Below are positions 19,124 through 30,902 of a stretch of DNA of 64,000 nt, piece by piece. The notes under the pieces are model-generated. The model ran no database searches, was not told where the DNA came from, and saw only the letters and a program-made list of their open reading frames with translations. Source of the DNA: Thermoplasmata archaeon (GTDB lineage Archaea > Thermoplasmatota > E2 > JACPAO01 > JAHFTW01); the NCBI GenBank assembly GCA_034667725.1, contig JAXDQS010000010.1:256001-320000 (forward strand). The letters are read 5' to 3'. Each line of letters begins with the position of its first letter. Position 1 is the first letter of the stretch. A program made the translations under genes and the position numbers.

Positions 19124-21157
19124 ATGACATCGTCTGCCGCCTGGGCCGCCTTCGGCGTCCTGGCCGCCCTTGCCGCCACCGGCATCGTCCTGTTGGCGAC
19201 CCCCGCCGAGGCCGCGGTCATCCTGGAGCCGGCCGGCCCGCTGGAGCAAATCCACATCTCGCGCTCCAAGACGCTCGACTGCCAGGTGATGTACATCGGC
19301 ACGGTGTACAGCTTCCCCGGCAGCGAGGCGGACGGCGAGTTCTGGGGCGTCGGCTCGGGCTCGTGCGGCACTTTCCTGCACGTGGTGGGCGACCAGACCT
19401 ACGGCCCGCCGGTCGAAGGCTACGGCCCGCCCTACATGGCGGGCGGCATCCCGCCCACGCCCTACACGCCCGTCAGCCAGGTCGGCCCCACCGGCACCGG
19501 CACCGTCGCGGACCCGTGGACCATCGACACGGTGGCGCGCGCCGTCGGCCCCGGCACCTTGGTCGAGCTGCACCAGGTGGACGAGTACGTCAAGGGCGAC
19601 GAGTACTACACCACCACCGTCACCGTCAGCAACCTCGGCGCCGCCGCGGTGGACCTCATCCTCTACCGCGCCGGCGACTGCTACCTCACCACCACGAGCG
19701 CGGACCCCGACTCGGGCTACGGCTACCTCGACGTCGCCAACCACACCGTGGCCTGCACCGAGACGCCCGGCGGCGCCACCGGCCGCATCATCGAGTGGGT
19801 GCCCCTCACGCCCGGCGCGCACGCCGAGCACAACGAGTGGGACGACATCTGGATGCGCCCGATGTACGGCGACGAGATGGCCGACACCTGCCTGTGCGCC
19901 ACGTTCCTCGACAACGGCGCCGGCCTGAGCTGGGCGTTCAGCCTCGGCGTGGGCCAGGACAAGACCTACGCCAACAACAACGTGTTCTCGCCGACCGGCG
20001 TCCCGCCGCCCCCCGACCCGGACGTCCCGCCCGTCGCCCGCGCCACCGCCGCCCCCGGCGAGCGCACCTGCTTCTCGGCGCCGTTCTTCTTCAGCGGCAC
20101 GGCCTCCACCGACTCCGACGGCACCATCGTCTCCTACCTGTGGGACTTCGGCGACGGCTCCCCCGTCGGCGCGGGCGCCACCACCAGCCACGACTACCCC
20201 GCCGCCGGCACCTACACCGTGCGCCTCACGGTGACCGACGACGACAAGCTTGCGCACACGGTCACCTTCACCATCACGAGCCTCGGCGACACCGACTGCC
20301 CGTTCACGCTGCGGGTGTTCGACTCGACGGTGCGCGAGGGCGCCCTGCTGCGCTTCTGCATCCAGGCCGAGGACCTCGACGGCGGCGCGTTCACCTACGC
20401 CGCGACCTACCCCGGCGGCCTGCCGGCCGGCCTCGAGTTCGATGTCGCCGGCTGCCTCGACTGGACCCCCGCCCAAGGCCAGGCCGGCAAGTACGACTGC
20501 CTCACCTTCACGGCCATGCAGGGCGGCGGCCCCACCGGGGCGCCGTTCCAGACCGCCACCGACTGCGCCACCATCACCGTCGTGGCCGTCCCGCCCGTCC
20601 AGGCGACCGACGACACCGACATGGACGGGGTCGCCGACGAGGCCGACAACTGCCCGTCGCACGTCAACCGCGACCAGGCCGACAGCGACCGCGACGGCCC
20701 CGGCGACGCCTGCGACCCCGTGGCGCCGCAGGCCCGCGACCCCAGCGTCCCGACGCGCAACCTCGCCGGCCCCGGCGACCAGGACGGCGACCGCGTCGCC
20801 GACCGCCTCGACAACTGCCCGGAGCGCCCGAACGCCTCGCAGGACGACCGCGACCGCGACGGCCTCGGCGACGGCTGCGACCCCGACGAGGACGGCGACG
20901 GCATCATCGTCGGCGGCCCCTTCACCGACAACTGCCCGCTCGCGGCGAACCGCGACCAGGCCGACGCCGACCGCGACGGCGTCGGCGACGCCTGCGACCT
21001 GGCCGGCGTGACGGCCGCGTTCGTGCCCGCGCGCGGCAACGAGCCCGCCCTGCACTCCGCCCGCGCCGGCCCCTCCGTGTGGCCGTGGGTCGCGGCGGCG
21101 GCGCTGGGCGCGCTGGCCGCGGCGGCCTTGGTGGCGGTCGTGCGCCGGCGGGCCTAG
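19124..21157 (+). CDS. Secreted surface protein: unknown N-domain + PKD + Ig-like + thrombospondin type 3 repeats + C-terminal TM anchor
   Basis: Signal peptide; WDFGDG PKD; repeated DxDGDGxxDxxDNCP..N.DQ.D.DxDGxGDACD; TM followed by RRRA; TTTATTT ~26 nt upstream of the ATG. Confidence 0.88.
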   Translation: MTSSAAWAAFGVLAALAATGIVLLATPAEAAVILEPAGPLEQIHISRSKTLDCQVMYIGTVYSFPGSEADGEFWGVGSGSCGTFLHVVGDQTYGPPVEGYGPPYMAGGIPPTPYTPVSQVGPTGTGTVADPWTIDTVARAVGPGTLVELHQVDEYVKGDEYYTTTVTVSNLGAAAVDLILYRAGDCYLTTTSADPDSGYGYLDVANHTVACTETPGGATGRIIEWVPLTPGAHAEHNEWDDIWMRPMYGDEMADTCLCATFLDNGAGLSWAFSLGVGQDKTYANNNVFSPTGVPPPPDPDVPPVARATAAPGERTCFSAPFFFSGTASTDSDGTIVSYLWDFGDGSPVGAGATTSHDYPAAGTYTVRLTVTDDDKLAHTVTFTITSLGDTDCPFTLRVFDSTVREGALLRFCIQAEDLDGGAFTYAATYPGGLPAGLEFDVAGCLDWTPAQGQAGKYDCLTFTAMQGGGPTGAPFQTATDCATITVVAVPPVQATDDTDMDGVADEADNCPSHVNRDQADSDRDGPGDACDPVAPQARDPSVPTRNLAGPGDQDGDRVADRLDNCPERPNASQDDRDRDGLGDGCDPDEDGDGIIVGGPFTDNCPLAANRDQADADRDGVGDACDLAGVTAAFVPARGNEPALHSARAGPSVWPWVAAAALGALAAAALVAVVRRRA

Positions 21158-21210
21158 GCCGGCAGCCCCCGGCGACAACCGTTAAGGGCGAAGGCCGCCG
21201 TCGGCCGCAT

Positions 21211-23061
21211 ATGCGCCTTGGCGCCATCCTTCCCGTCGCCCTCCTGGGCCTTGCCCTTCTCGCCGGCTGCACGCAGCCCGAAGCCGAGCCGCCCGTCGCC
21301 CAGGACGAGCCCCGCCTGGTGCCCGTCGCCGAGCGCAACGGCCTGCCGTACAACGTCACCGGCTACTACTCGCGCACCTTGGTGGACGGCGTCCTCGGGA
21401 TGCTGCCCGTGGAGTCGGTGTTCGTCGACGTCGAGCTGCCCGCCACCGAGGGCGGCGCCGCCTTGATGGGCGGGGCCCGCGTCCACATGGGCCTGTGGCG
21501 CCCGAACGTGCCCGCCGGTACCAAGGTCCCCGTCATCGCGGACATCGGCCCGTACTACGGCGACTCCGACGACCCCGCCGTGAGTCCGGCGCACCGCCTG
21601 GGCGGCTTCCTGATCGAGAACTTCGTCCCGCACGGCTACGCGGTGGCCCAAGTGTCGGTGTTCGGCTCCGGCCTCTCCAACCACTGCATGGACCTCATGG
21701 GCAACGCCGAGCAGCTCGGCATCGACGCCGCCGTCACCTGGCTCGGCACCCAGGAGTGGTCCAACGGCAAGGTCGGCCTCGTCGGCCGCAGCTACGACGG
21801 CTCCACCCCATGGGAGGCCGCCACCTTCGGCAACGAGCACCTGGCCACCATCGTCCCGATCTCCGGCCTCATCGGCATGCACGACCTGATGTGGCGCAAC
21901 GGCAGCGCCGAGACCCGCGGCCCCATCATGCACAACGTCGTCTACGGCACCTTCGGCATCGACACGCCCGACCCCACCGGCCCCGAGGGCCCGCAGGTGG
22001 ACGACGGCGAGATGGTGGAGAACCTCCAGACCCTCTGCCCCGACTACGTCGCCGGCCTGCCCGAGGGCGCTGGCGCCACCGTCACCGGCGACCAGGTCGT
22101 CCCCGCCGTCAACCCGTACTGGGCCGAGCGCAGCTTCCTGCCGCGCGCCCTTGCCAACTACAAGGGCTCGGTGTACCTCATCCACGGCCTGCAGGACTGG
22201 AACGTCGACCCGCACATGGCGTTCCCGACCTACCAGAAGCTAGAGGCCGCCGGCCTGGAGGTCAAGGGGCTGTTCGGCCAATGGAACCACATGTACCCCG
22301 ACCGCCCCAGCGAGCACGTCAGCACCCCTGACGGCGAGGGCCACGAGGCCTACCCCGCCTCGGTGCGCTACGACTGGGCCCAGGACCTGCTGGAGTGGTT
22401 CGACCACTACCTCATGGGCGACCCGCTGGCGCCTGCCCTCCACGCCGAGGTGCAGGACAACCACGGCGCCTGGCGCGTCGAGGCCACCTACCCGCCCGCC
22501 GACGCCACCCCGCTGGCCATCGGCCTCGACGCCGCGACCAGTGTTGCGCCCAATGGCGCCGCCGCCCCCGCCGGCCAGCCCATCGTCAGCCCGAACGACG
22601 GCATGGCCCTCGCGTTCGCGCCGCTTGCCGCCGACACCCGCATCGCCGGCCTGCCCACCTTGCACGTCCAGGTCACACCCACCGGCCCCGGCGGCCAAAT
22701 CTACGCCGAGCTGACCGACGTGGCGCCCGACGGCAAGACGCTGCGCCTCGGCCACGCCATCATGGATCTTCGGTTCGCCGCCGGCGGCACCGAGGCCCAG
22801 CCCGTCACCCCCGGCATGCCGCTCGTGGCCCGCATGGAGTTCGAGGCGTTCGACGCCGTCGTGCCCGCCGGCCACAGCCTCCGCCTGGAGCTGGCCGGCT
22901 TCGGCCGCGACTACCTGCCGAGCGCGGTGTCGGCGCCGGTGCTGGTGGACCTGTCGGCCGCCAGCGTGCTGACCCTGCCCACCATCGAGCGCGGCGCGGA
23001 GGCGTTCTTCACGCCGCCGGCGTGGTCGGGCGAGGCCGAGGCGACCGCGCAGGAACCGTAG
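21211..23061 (+). CDS. CocE/NonD family (peptidase S15, Xaa-Pro dipeptidyl-peptidase-like) serine hydrolase lipoprotein
   Basis: Lipobox LLAGC; WSNGKVGLVGRSYDG nucleophile motif; HGLQDWNV; GQWNH. Confidence 0.9.
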   Translation: MRLGAILPVALLGLALLAGCTQPEAEPPVAQDEPRLVPVAERNGLPYNVTGYYSRTLVDGVLGMLPVESVFVDVELPATEGGAALMGGARVHMGLWRPNVPAGTKVPVIADIGPYYGDSDDPAVSPAHRLGGFLIENFVPHGYAVAQVSVFGSGLSNHCMDLMGNAEQLGIDAAVTWLGTQEWSNGKVGLVGRSYDGSTPWEAATFGNEHLATIVPISGLIGMHDLMWRNGSAETRGPIMHNVVYGTFGIDTPDPTGPEGPQVDDGEMVENLQTLCPDYVAGLPEGAGATVTGDQVVPAVNPYWAERSFLPRALANYKGSVYLIHGLQDWNVDPHMAFPTYQKLEAAGLEVKGLFGQWNHMYPDRPSEHVSTPDGEGHEAYPASVRYDWAQDLLEWFDHYLMGDPLAPALHAEVQDNHGAWRVEATYPPADATPLAIGLDAATSVAPNGAAAPAGQPIVSPNDGMALAFAPLAADTRIAGLPTLHVQVTPTGPGGQIYAELTDVAPDGKTLRLGHAIMDLRFAAGGTEAQPVTPGMPLVARMEFEAFDAVVPAGHSLRLELAGFGRDYLPSAVSAPVLVDLSAASVLTLPTIERGAEAFFTPPAWSGEAEATAQEP

Positions 23062-23138
23062 CAAAAGGCAACGTTCTCGCAGGGTGCGCCGTCGCCTGCC
23101 TGCCAAGGTTCAAGAGCCGGAATCAAAATCCGGGGCTG

Positions 23139-25595
23139 TTGTCGCTTGGTCGGTGGCTGCTTGCCCTTGGGCTCGTGCTGCTCGGCGTCGCCGTGGCCGT
23201 CGAGGCGCGCGAGTACTGGACGGCCGACCTGCCGACCTTCTGCGGCACCAAGGGCCCCACCATCGACCTCCTGAACCCGTCCCCCACGATCGCCACCGCC
23301 ACCGTCACCACGGAAGGCATCTCGACGGTCTACGTGGTGCTGCCCGACTCGGCCTTCGTGATCAAGCCCGCGTCCCCGATCCCAGGCAGCGGCATCGGGG
23401 TCGCGGGCGTCTACCACATCGACACCGGGACGGGCCCTGTCGTGCCCCTGCTGGCCGGCGACGAGGTGCCGTCGTGCGGCGACGCCAACCGCATCCTGCC
23501 CACCGACGCCTTGGGCACCAACCACGTCCTCCACACCTTCCCCGCGACCACCTACGCCACCGACCGCTCGTTCTTCACGGTCATCGCCACCGAGGACGAC
23601 ACCACCGTCGGCATCTTCCTGCAAGGCACCCCGACGACGCCGGGCGGCGGCCTGCCTCCCATGGTCCCCGGCGTCAGCTACTCCTACGTCCTTGCCCGCG
23701 GCGTCGCGCTCACCGCAGTCTCCGGCCCCTCCACGGTGCTGGCGATGGCGGCGTTCGACGGCACCAACATCGTCTCCGACAAGCCCGTGAGCGTCTGGTC
23801 CGGCAACTTCCACAGCACCTACGGCATGGCCTCCGGCGGCGCGGACCAGATCTGGAACCAGCACCCGCCCACGCGGCTGTGGGGCACCGAGTACGTCGCC
23901 TGCTCCACCCTGGACCCGATGGTGCGCGCCAGCGGCACCGAGCGGCTCCGGTTCGGCAACGCGTTCGTCCCGGCCACCGTCACCTTGGACCCGCCTCCCG
24001 TGGGCGCGGCAAGCGGCGTCTACGCCCTCGCCGCCAACGCGTGGCTGGAGGTCAACGTCGACAGCAACACCCGCATCACCTCGACCGAGCCGATCCAGGC
24101 GCTGCACATCATGGTCCCCGACTCGCCGCCGCCGCTCGGCGACGTCGACATCCTGCCGCTGGCGCCGACCTCGCTCTGGACCGAGGAGCACCTGCTCTAC
24201 GCCTCGCCCAACTACCCCGTGCGCCACCTCGCCATGGTGGTCCCGGCCGGCGGCGCCGCGGCGCTCGACGGCACCCTGGTCACGGGCGGCACCCCGGTCG
24301 GCGCCTCCGGCTACCGGTGCGCGCTCCAGCCGGTGGCGGCCGGCCTGCACCGCGTCACCGGCACCCAGCCGCTCGGCAACTGGATGATGGGCCAGACCCC
24401 GTTCTCCGGCTCCTACTGGTACGAGGACGCCGGCCTCCCCAAGGTGCTGCCGCCTCCGCCGCCGCCCCCGCCGCCCCGCCCGCCGGTGGCGGTGCCGGCC
24501 GTGGCCGGCGCGGGCACGAGCTGCGTGGACAGCGCCGTGCTGCTCACCGGCATCGCCTCGTTCGACCCCGACCTCGGCGGCACGGTCGTGGCGTGGGCGT
24601 GGGACTTCGGGGATGGCGTGAAGGGCGCCGGCAAGACCGTCGCGCACGAGTACGCGCTCGCCGGCGATTACACCGTCACCCTCACCGTCACCGACAACGA
24701 CGGCATGACGCACACGGCCACGCTCCTGGTCCACGTCGCCGTCGACGCCGACTGCCCCGCCACCCTCGTCACCGGCCATTCCTTGGTGCGCGAGCGCGAC
24801 ACCGTCCGGTTCTGTGTTGCCGCCAGCGACCCCGACGGCGGCCCCTTCACCTTCACCCTCGCCTGGCCCGACGGCGAGCCCGCCGGCGTCACCTTCACGC
24901 CCGACGGCTGCCTCAGTTGGCGCACCTCCGTCGGCCAGGCCGGCTTCTACCCGTGCCTGCTGTTCACGGCCCTCGGACCCGGCGGCCCCGTGGCCGGCTG
25001 CGCCACCGTCGAGGTGCTGCCGTGGCCCCGCCCCGATCCGACCCTCGACACCGACCTCGATGGCGTGGCCGACACTCAGGACAACTGTCCTTACGACGCC
25101 AACCGCGACCAGGCGGACGACGACCTCGACGGCCTCGGCGACCTGTGCGACCCGACGCCCCTGCGGCGCGACCTCGCCAATCCCGGTCCCGAACGGCTTG
25201 GCCGCGCCCGCGACGCCGACCGCGACGGCATCGCCGACCCCGCCGACAACTGCCCGCTGGCGCCCAACACCTCGCAGGCCGACCGCGACCGCGACGGCGC
25301 CGGCGACGCCTGCGACCCGGACGCCGACGGCGACGGCGTCGCGACGGCGGGCGCGTTCCCCGACAACTGCCCCGACGCCGCCAACCCCGACCAGCGCGAC
25401 GCCGACGCCAACGGCCACGGCGACGCCTGCGACGCCGCCGCGCCCGCCGCGCCGCGCGCCCTGGCGCGCGGCCGCGAGGCGGCGGCGTCGGTCGGCGGCG
25501 GCGCGCCGTGGGCCGTGGCGGCCGTCGGGCTGGGGGCGGCAGCGCCCCTGCTGGCGTGGGCCGTCGTGCGCCGCAAGTTCGCTGCCAAACCTTAA
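23139..25595 (+). CDS. Secreted surface protein: IgGFc-binding-like N-domain + PKD + Ig-like + TSP3 repeats + TM anchor
   Basis: TTG start with signal peptide; PTDALGT.., VIATEDDTTV, GTNIVSDKPVSVWSG, PPTRLWGTEY (IgGFc-binding-like); WDFGDG; TSP3 repeats; VVRRK tail. Confidence 0.85.
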   Translation: MSLGRWLLALGLVLLGVAVAVEAREYWTADLPTFCGTKGPTIDLLNPSPTIATATVTTEGISTVYVVLPDSAFVIKPASPIPGSGIGVAGVYHIDTGTGPVVPLLAGDEVPSCGDANRILPTDALGTNHVLHTFPATTYATDRSFFTVIATEDDTTVGIFLQGTPTTPGGGLPPMVPGVSYSYVLARGVALTAVSGPSTVLAMAAFDGTNIVSDKPVSVWSGNFHSTYGMASGGADQIWNQHPPTRLWGTEYVACSTLDPMVRASGTERLRFGNAFVPATVTLDPPPVGAASGVYALAANAWLEVNVDSNTRITSTEPIQALHIMVPDSPPPLGDVDILPLAPTSLWTEEHLLYASPNYPVRHLAMVVPAGGAAALDGTLVTGGTPVGASGYRCALQPVAAGLHRVTGTQPLGNWMMGQTPFSGSYWYEDAGLPKVLPPPPPPPPPRPPVAVPAVAGAGTSCVDSAVLLTGIASFDPDLGGTVVAWAWDFGDGVKGAGKTVAHEYALAGDYTVTLTVTDNDGMTHTATLLVHVAVDADCPATLVTGHSLVRERDTVRFCVAASDPDGGPFTFTLAWPDGEPAGVTFTPDGCLSWRTSVGQAGFYPCLLFTALGPGGPVAGCATVEVLPWPRPDPTLDTDLDGVADTQDNCPYDANRDQADDDLDGLGDLCDPTPLRRDLANPGPERLGRARDADRDGIADPADNCPLAPNTSQADRDRDGAGDACDPDADGDGVATAGAFPDNCPDAANPDQRDADANGHGDACDAAAPAAPRALARGREAAASVGGGAPWAVAAVGLGAAAPLLAWAVVRRKFAAKP

Positions 25596-25622
25596 GCCGC
25601 CATCAAAGTCGGTAGGGGCGTC

Positions 25623-28460
25623 ATGCGTGCCGCGCTCCTGGCCTTGCTGTTGAGCCTCCCGTTGGCGACCGCCAGCCTCGTCCCCGTCCTGCCCAGCGCG
25701 GTCCCGGACACGCCGCTGGCTTCGGTTGCGCCGCCAGCGCCCCCGGCCATGCCCACCCTGGCGGACCTGCTGGCCGACCCCAACGTCGGGCCCGTGCTGC
25801 GCACGACGCCGGGCGTCCGCGGCCTCGAGCGCCTCCAGGCCAGCGCGCAGGCGGAAGGCAGCGAGCCCGCCCCCGCGCCCGCCACCGACCTTGGCGCCGA
25901 CGGCCTCCAGCTCGCCTGGCTCCAGGCGTTCCTTGGCGTCCCCACCATCCTGCGCGCCGTCGACCTCGACGGCGACGGCGGCACCGACCTGGTGGCCGGC
26001 ACCGACACCGGGTTGGTCGCGGTCGACGGCAAGACTTGGACCGTGCGCTGGGCCCGCCCCATCGGCAGCCCCGTCGTCGGCCTCGAGGTCGACGCCGCCG
26101 CCAAGCCGGCCCGCATCGCGGTCGCCACCGGCTACGGGGGCCGCCCGTCCGAGGCGCTCGTGGTCGCCGCCAACGACGGCGCCCTCGCGTGGCGCACGGC
26201 CATCCCCGGCGGCGCCACGGGCCTCGCGCTGGCCGGCAGCGACCTCCTGGTCGCGACCACCACGGGCGCCACCCGCCTGGCCGCCGCCGACGGCGCCGTG
26301 GCGTGGGACGCCGCGCCGGCGCTGCTGCCGGCCACGGGCGCCATCGTGGCGGCGCTCCTGAACGGCGGGTTCTACCTGTCGGCGTTCGGCGACCTGACCG
26401 GCGACGGCGTCCCCGACGTGGCCGTCGCCCGCAACGCGGTCGCCTACGCCACCGCCGTCCTCACCGGCGCCTACAGCGAGCGGCTCGAGGTGCACGCCAT
26501 CGACGGCGCCACCGGCGCGGCCCTCTGGGTCCACGCCATGGGCGGCGAGGGCGGCACCACCGCCTACACCCTCGCGACCGACCTGGACCTGCTCGACACC
26601 CGCGGCGACGGCACCCTGGACGCCGCGGTCGCCGGCGTCACCATCCGCTACACCTCCGCCGTCCTCGCCTCGGCCAGCTCCTACGAGCCGTTCGTCCGCG
26701 TCCTCGACGGCACCGGCTCCGCGGGCCTCGCCGTCCCGCTCGGCTCGCGCGGCACCCTGACCCCCGCGCTGCCCATCGAGCTGTTCACGCACCTCGACCA
26801 CGCCGACGCCGGCGCCGGCGCGGGCGACGAGGTCGCCGTCGTGCGCTTCTCGCTGGCCGACAGCCTGCTCGGCTCCCCGTTCAACCTGGAGCGCTACGCC
26901 ATGCCGGACGAAGGCTCCGGCGCCATGGTGCTGGTCTCCGACGTCGCCATCCCGGTCGGCGTGGTTTACGACCTCGTCGCCCCCGCCGGCGGGGCCGGGG
27001 CCCGCGACCTGATGGCCGTCGGCCTGGACGCCGTGCGCGTCACCGCCGCCGGCGCCGAGGCCGGCCGCCGCGAAATGGACCCCTCCGCCCTCACGGCCCT
27101 CGACGTCGGCGGCGCCACCGTCCTCGGCACCCCCGAAGGCCTCCTTGTGACCAGCGGCGACCTGCAGGCCACCACGGCCGAGGTCCCGTTCCACGGCTCG
27201 ATCCGCCAGGCCGTCCGCGCCGGCCAAGGCGCCGGCGGCTTCGTCGCGGTCGCCGCCACCGACGGCGCCCTGCACGTCCTGGACGGCGTCACCGGCGCCC
27301 GCCTGGCCCGCCACGAGGTGGCCGGCCTCGGCTCCATCCACGCCTCCGGCAACCTGCTGGTCCTGCAGCACACCAACGAGACCACTTGGCTGGAAGGCTG
27401 GTTCCTGCCGTCCGGCGACGTCGCCTGGCGCACCGAGCTGGAGCACCCGCGCACCCTCGTCTGGTTCGACGGCGACGGCGACGGCGTCGACGACGTCCTG
27501 GCCGAATACGATTCGCCCGCGCAGACCCTGCGCGCCGTCAACGGCGCCACCGGCAAGACCCTCTGGACCAGCAAGCTCGACACGCTGTCCCTGACGGGCT
27601 CCCGCGTCTTCGCCATCCCGCGCATGGGCGTCGACGACCTGGGCATCGAGGACTTCGGCGACCGGCACCAGCTCGACGGCGCCACCGGCAAGCTGCTCTG
27701 GAGCGACACGGACGGCTTCTCGAGCACCTGTGTCGGCGTCGCGGAAGCCCCCGACGGCCTGCTGGCCGCGGCCGAGCGCGACGGCGACGAGCTGGTGGTG
27801 CGCGTGTACGACCGCGCCGGCGACGCCGCCACCATCAAGCCCGGCCTCACCGCCAACAACTGCGTGCTCACGCCCGCCCCCGGCGGCTTCCTGCTCGCCG
27901 CCGCCGTCTGGGAGGACGACGCCATCCACGGCCACCTGTCGCGCCACAGCGGCGCCACCAACGCCTGGACCCTGCGCTTCGACGGCGCCACCGTCGCCGT
28001 CCTGCTCCAGGACGAGGCCTCCGACCGCCTCTACCTCCAGGTCGGCGACCAGTTCCTGGTGCGCAGCCTCGCCACCGGCGCCGCCTTGGGCGGGATCGGC
28101 CTCGGCATGCCCGCCCGCCAGGCCGTCGCCCACGACCTCGACGGCAACGGCACCATGGACCTGCTGCTCCGCACGCCTGACGGCCTGCTGCGCGCCGCCG
28201 GCCGCGGCCTGCGCCTGCCCGACGGCGCCACCACGCCGCAAGGCATCGTCCCCGACGCGCTTGCCGACGGCGTGCTCGGCGCCACGGACGGCGGCCTGCC
28301 CGACGGGCCGCAAGGCGACGACCGCTCGGCGCCCGGCGCCGGCGACGCCGCCGACCCGGCGGACGCGCCCGCGCCCGACGCCATCGTCGCGGCCTTGGCG
28401 CTTGCCGTCGCGGTCCTCCTGTCCCGGCGCAAGGCCGGCCGCCTCCTGCGCACGGATTAA
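25623..28460 (+). CDS. Secreted FG-GAP/PQQ-like beta-propeller protein with C-terminal TM anchor
   Basis: DLDGDGGTDL, DLTGDGVPDV, repeated DGATGxxLW; C-terminal APAP-hydrophobic-RRK. Confidence 0.85.
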   Translation: MRAALLALLLSLPLATASLVPVLPSAVPDTPLASVAPPAPPAMPTLADLLADPNVGPVLRTTPGVRGLERLQASAQAEGSEPAPAPATDLGADGLQLAWLQAFLGVPTILRAVDLDGDGGTDLVAGTDTGLVAVDGKTWTVRWARPIGSPVVGLEVDAAAKPARIAVATGYGGRPSEALVVAANDGALAWRTAIPGGATGLALAGSDLLVATTTGATRLAAADGAVAWDAAPALLPATGAIVAALLNGGFYLSAFGDLTGDGVPDVAVARNAVAYATAVLTGAYSERLEVHAIDGATGAALWVHAMGGEGGTTAYTLATDLDLLDTRGDGTLDAAVAGVTIRYTSAVLASASSYEPFVRVLDGTGSAGLAVPLGSRGTLTPALPIELFTHLDHADAGAGAGDEVAVVRFSLADSLLGSPFNLERYAMPDEGSGAMVLVSDVAIPVGVVYDLVAPAGGAGARDLMAVGLDAVRVTAAGAEAGRREMDPSALTALDVGGATVLGTPEGLLVTSGDLQATTAEVPFHGSIRQAVRAGQGAGGFVAVAATDGALHVLDGVTGARLARHEVAGLGSIHASGNLLVLQHTNETTWLEGWFLPSGDVAWRTELEHPRTLVWFDGDGDGVDDVLAEYDSPAQTLRAVNGATGKTLWTSKLDTLSLTGSRVFAIPRMGVDDLGIEDFGDRHQLDGATGKLLWSDTDGFSSTCVGVAEAPDGLLAAAERDGDELVVRVYDRAGDAATIKPGLTANNCVLTPAPGGFLLAAAVWEDDAIHGHLSRHSGATNAWTLRFDGATVAVLLQDEASDRLYLQVGDQFLVRSLATGAALGGIGLGMPARQAVAHDLDGNGTMDLLLRTPDGLLRAAGRGLRLPDGATTPQGIVPDALADGVLGATDGGLPDGPQGDDRSAPGAGDAADPADAPAPDAIVAALALAVAVLLSRRKAGRLLRTD

Positions 28461-28498
28461 ATCGGGCCCGCCCTCGCGCCCCCTGCCGGAACGCCGTC

Positions 28499-28989
28499 AT
28501 GCTCGACGACCAGACCGTCCGCAGCCTCCTCCAGGCGTACCACGACGCCACCAAGGGCGAGGAGGGCACGCCGACGCCGCTCATGATCCTCCACGGGCTG
28601 CGGGAGGAGATCACCATCCGGCCCCACATCGAGCTGCCGAGCGCCTACCACATGGCGCACTACCTCGACGAGTTCGTGGGCGAGCGCACCATCGGCATCA
28701 CCGTCTGCGGCCGCTTCTTCAAGCAGATTGGCGAGAAGGTGTTCCAGGGCACGCTCTTGTACCACGTCGACCGCATCGGCTCCCACCTGGTGCGCGGCAT
28801 CAACGCCGAGACCAACCTCTACACCGTCCTCGACGACTCGCCGTACTGGAACAAGTTCCCCTACGACTTCGACAAGGGCCCCCTCGACCCCGACCTCCCC
28901 ATCGGCTACCACCCCGGCCCCGAGCTGGACGCCCCCAACGACCCCAACGCCGAGGAAGAAGGCGCCCCTGGGGAAGCGGGGGAGCCGTA

Positions 28990-28990
<1 letters not shown>
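28499..28990 (+). CDS. Hypothetical protein
   Basis: Coding-like codon usage; stop overlaps the GTG of the ABC-F gene. Confidence 0.75.
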
Positions 28991-30792
<1,802 letters not shown>

Positions 30793-30902
30793 CCGAACCA
30801 TCCACCGAGACAGCCGAGATGTTCGGTCGGGTTCGGCGTCGGCGGCGGCTGGCCCGCCATCGACAAGCACTATAACGCACGGGGCGGCTCGGCCGGCAAG
30901 CG

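Noticed and set aside
20600-25440. Repeated GACGGCGACGGC/GACAACTGCCC units as a possible CRISPR or DNA repeat array
   Set aside because: They are in-frame TSP3 calcium-binding protein repeats with no constant repeat-spacer period. No CRISPR array or cas gene was seen in the window.
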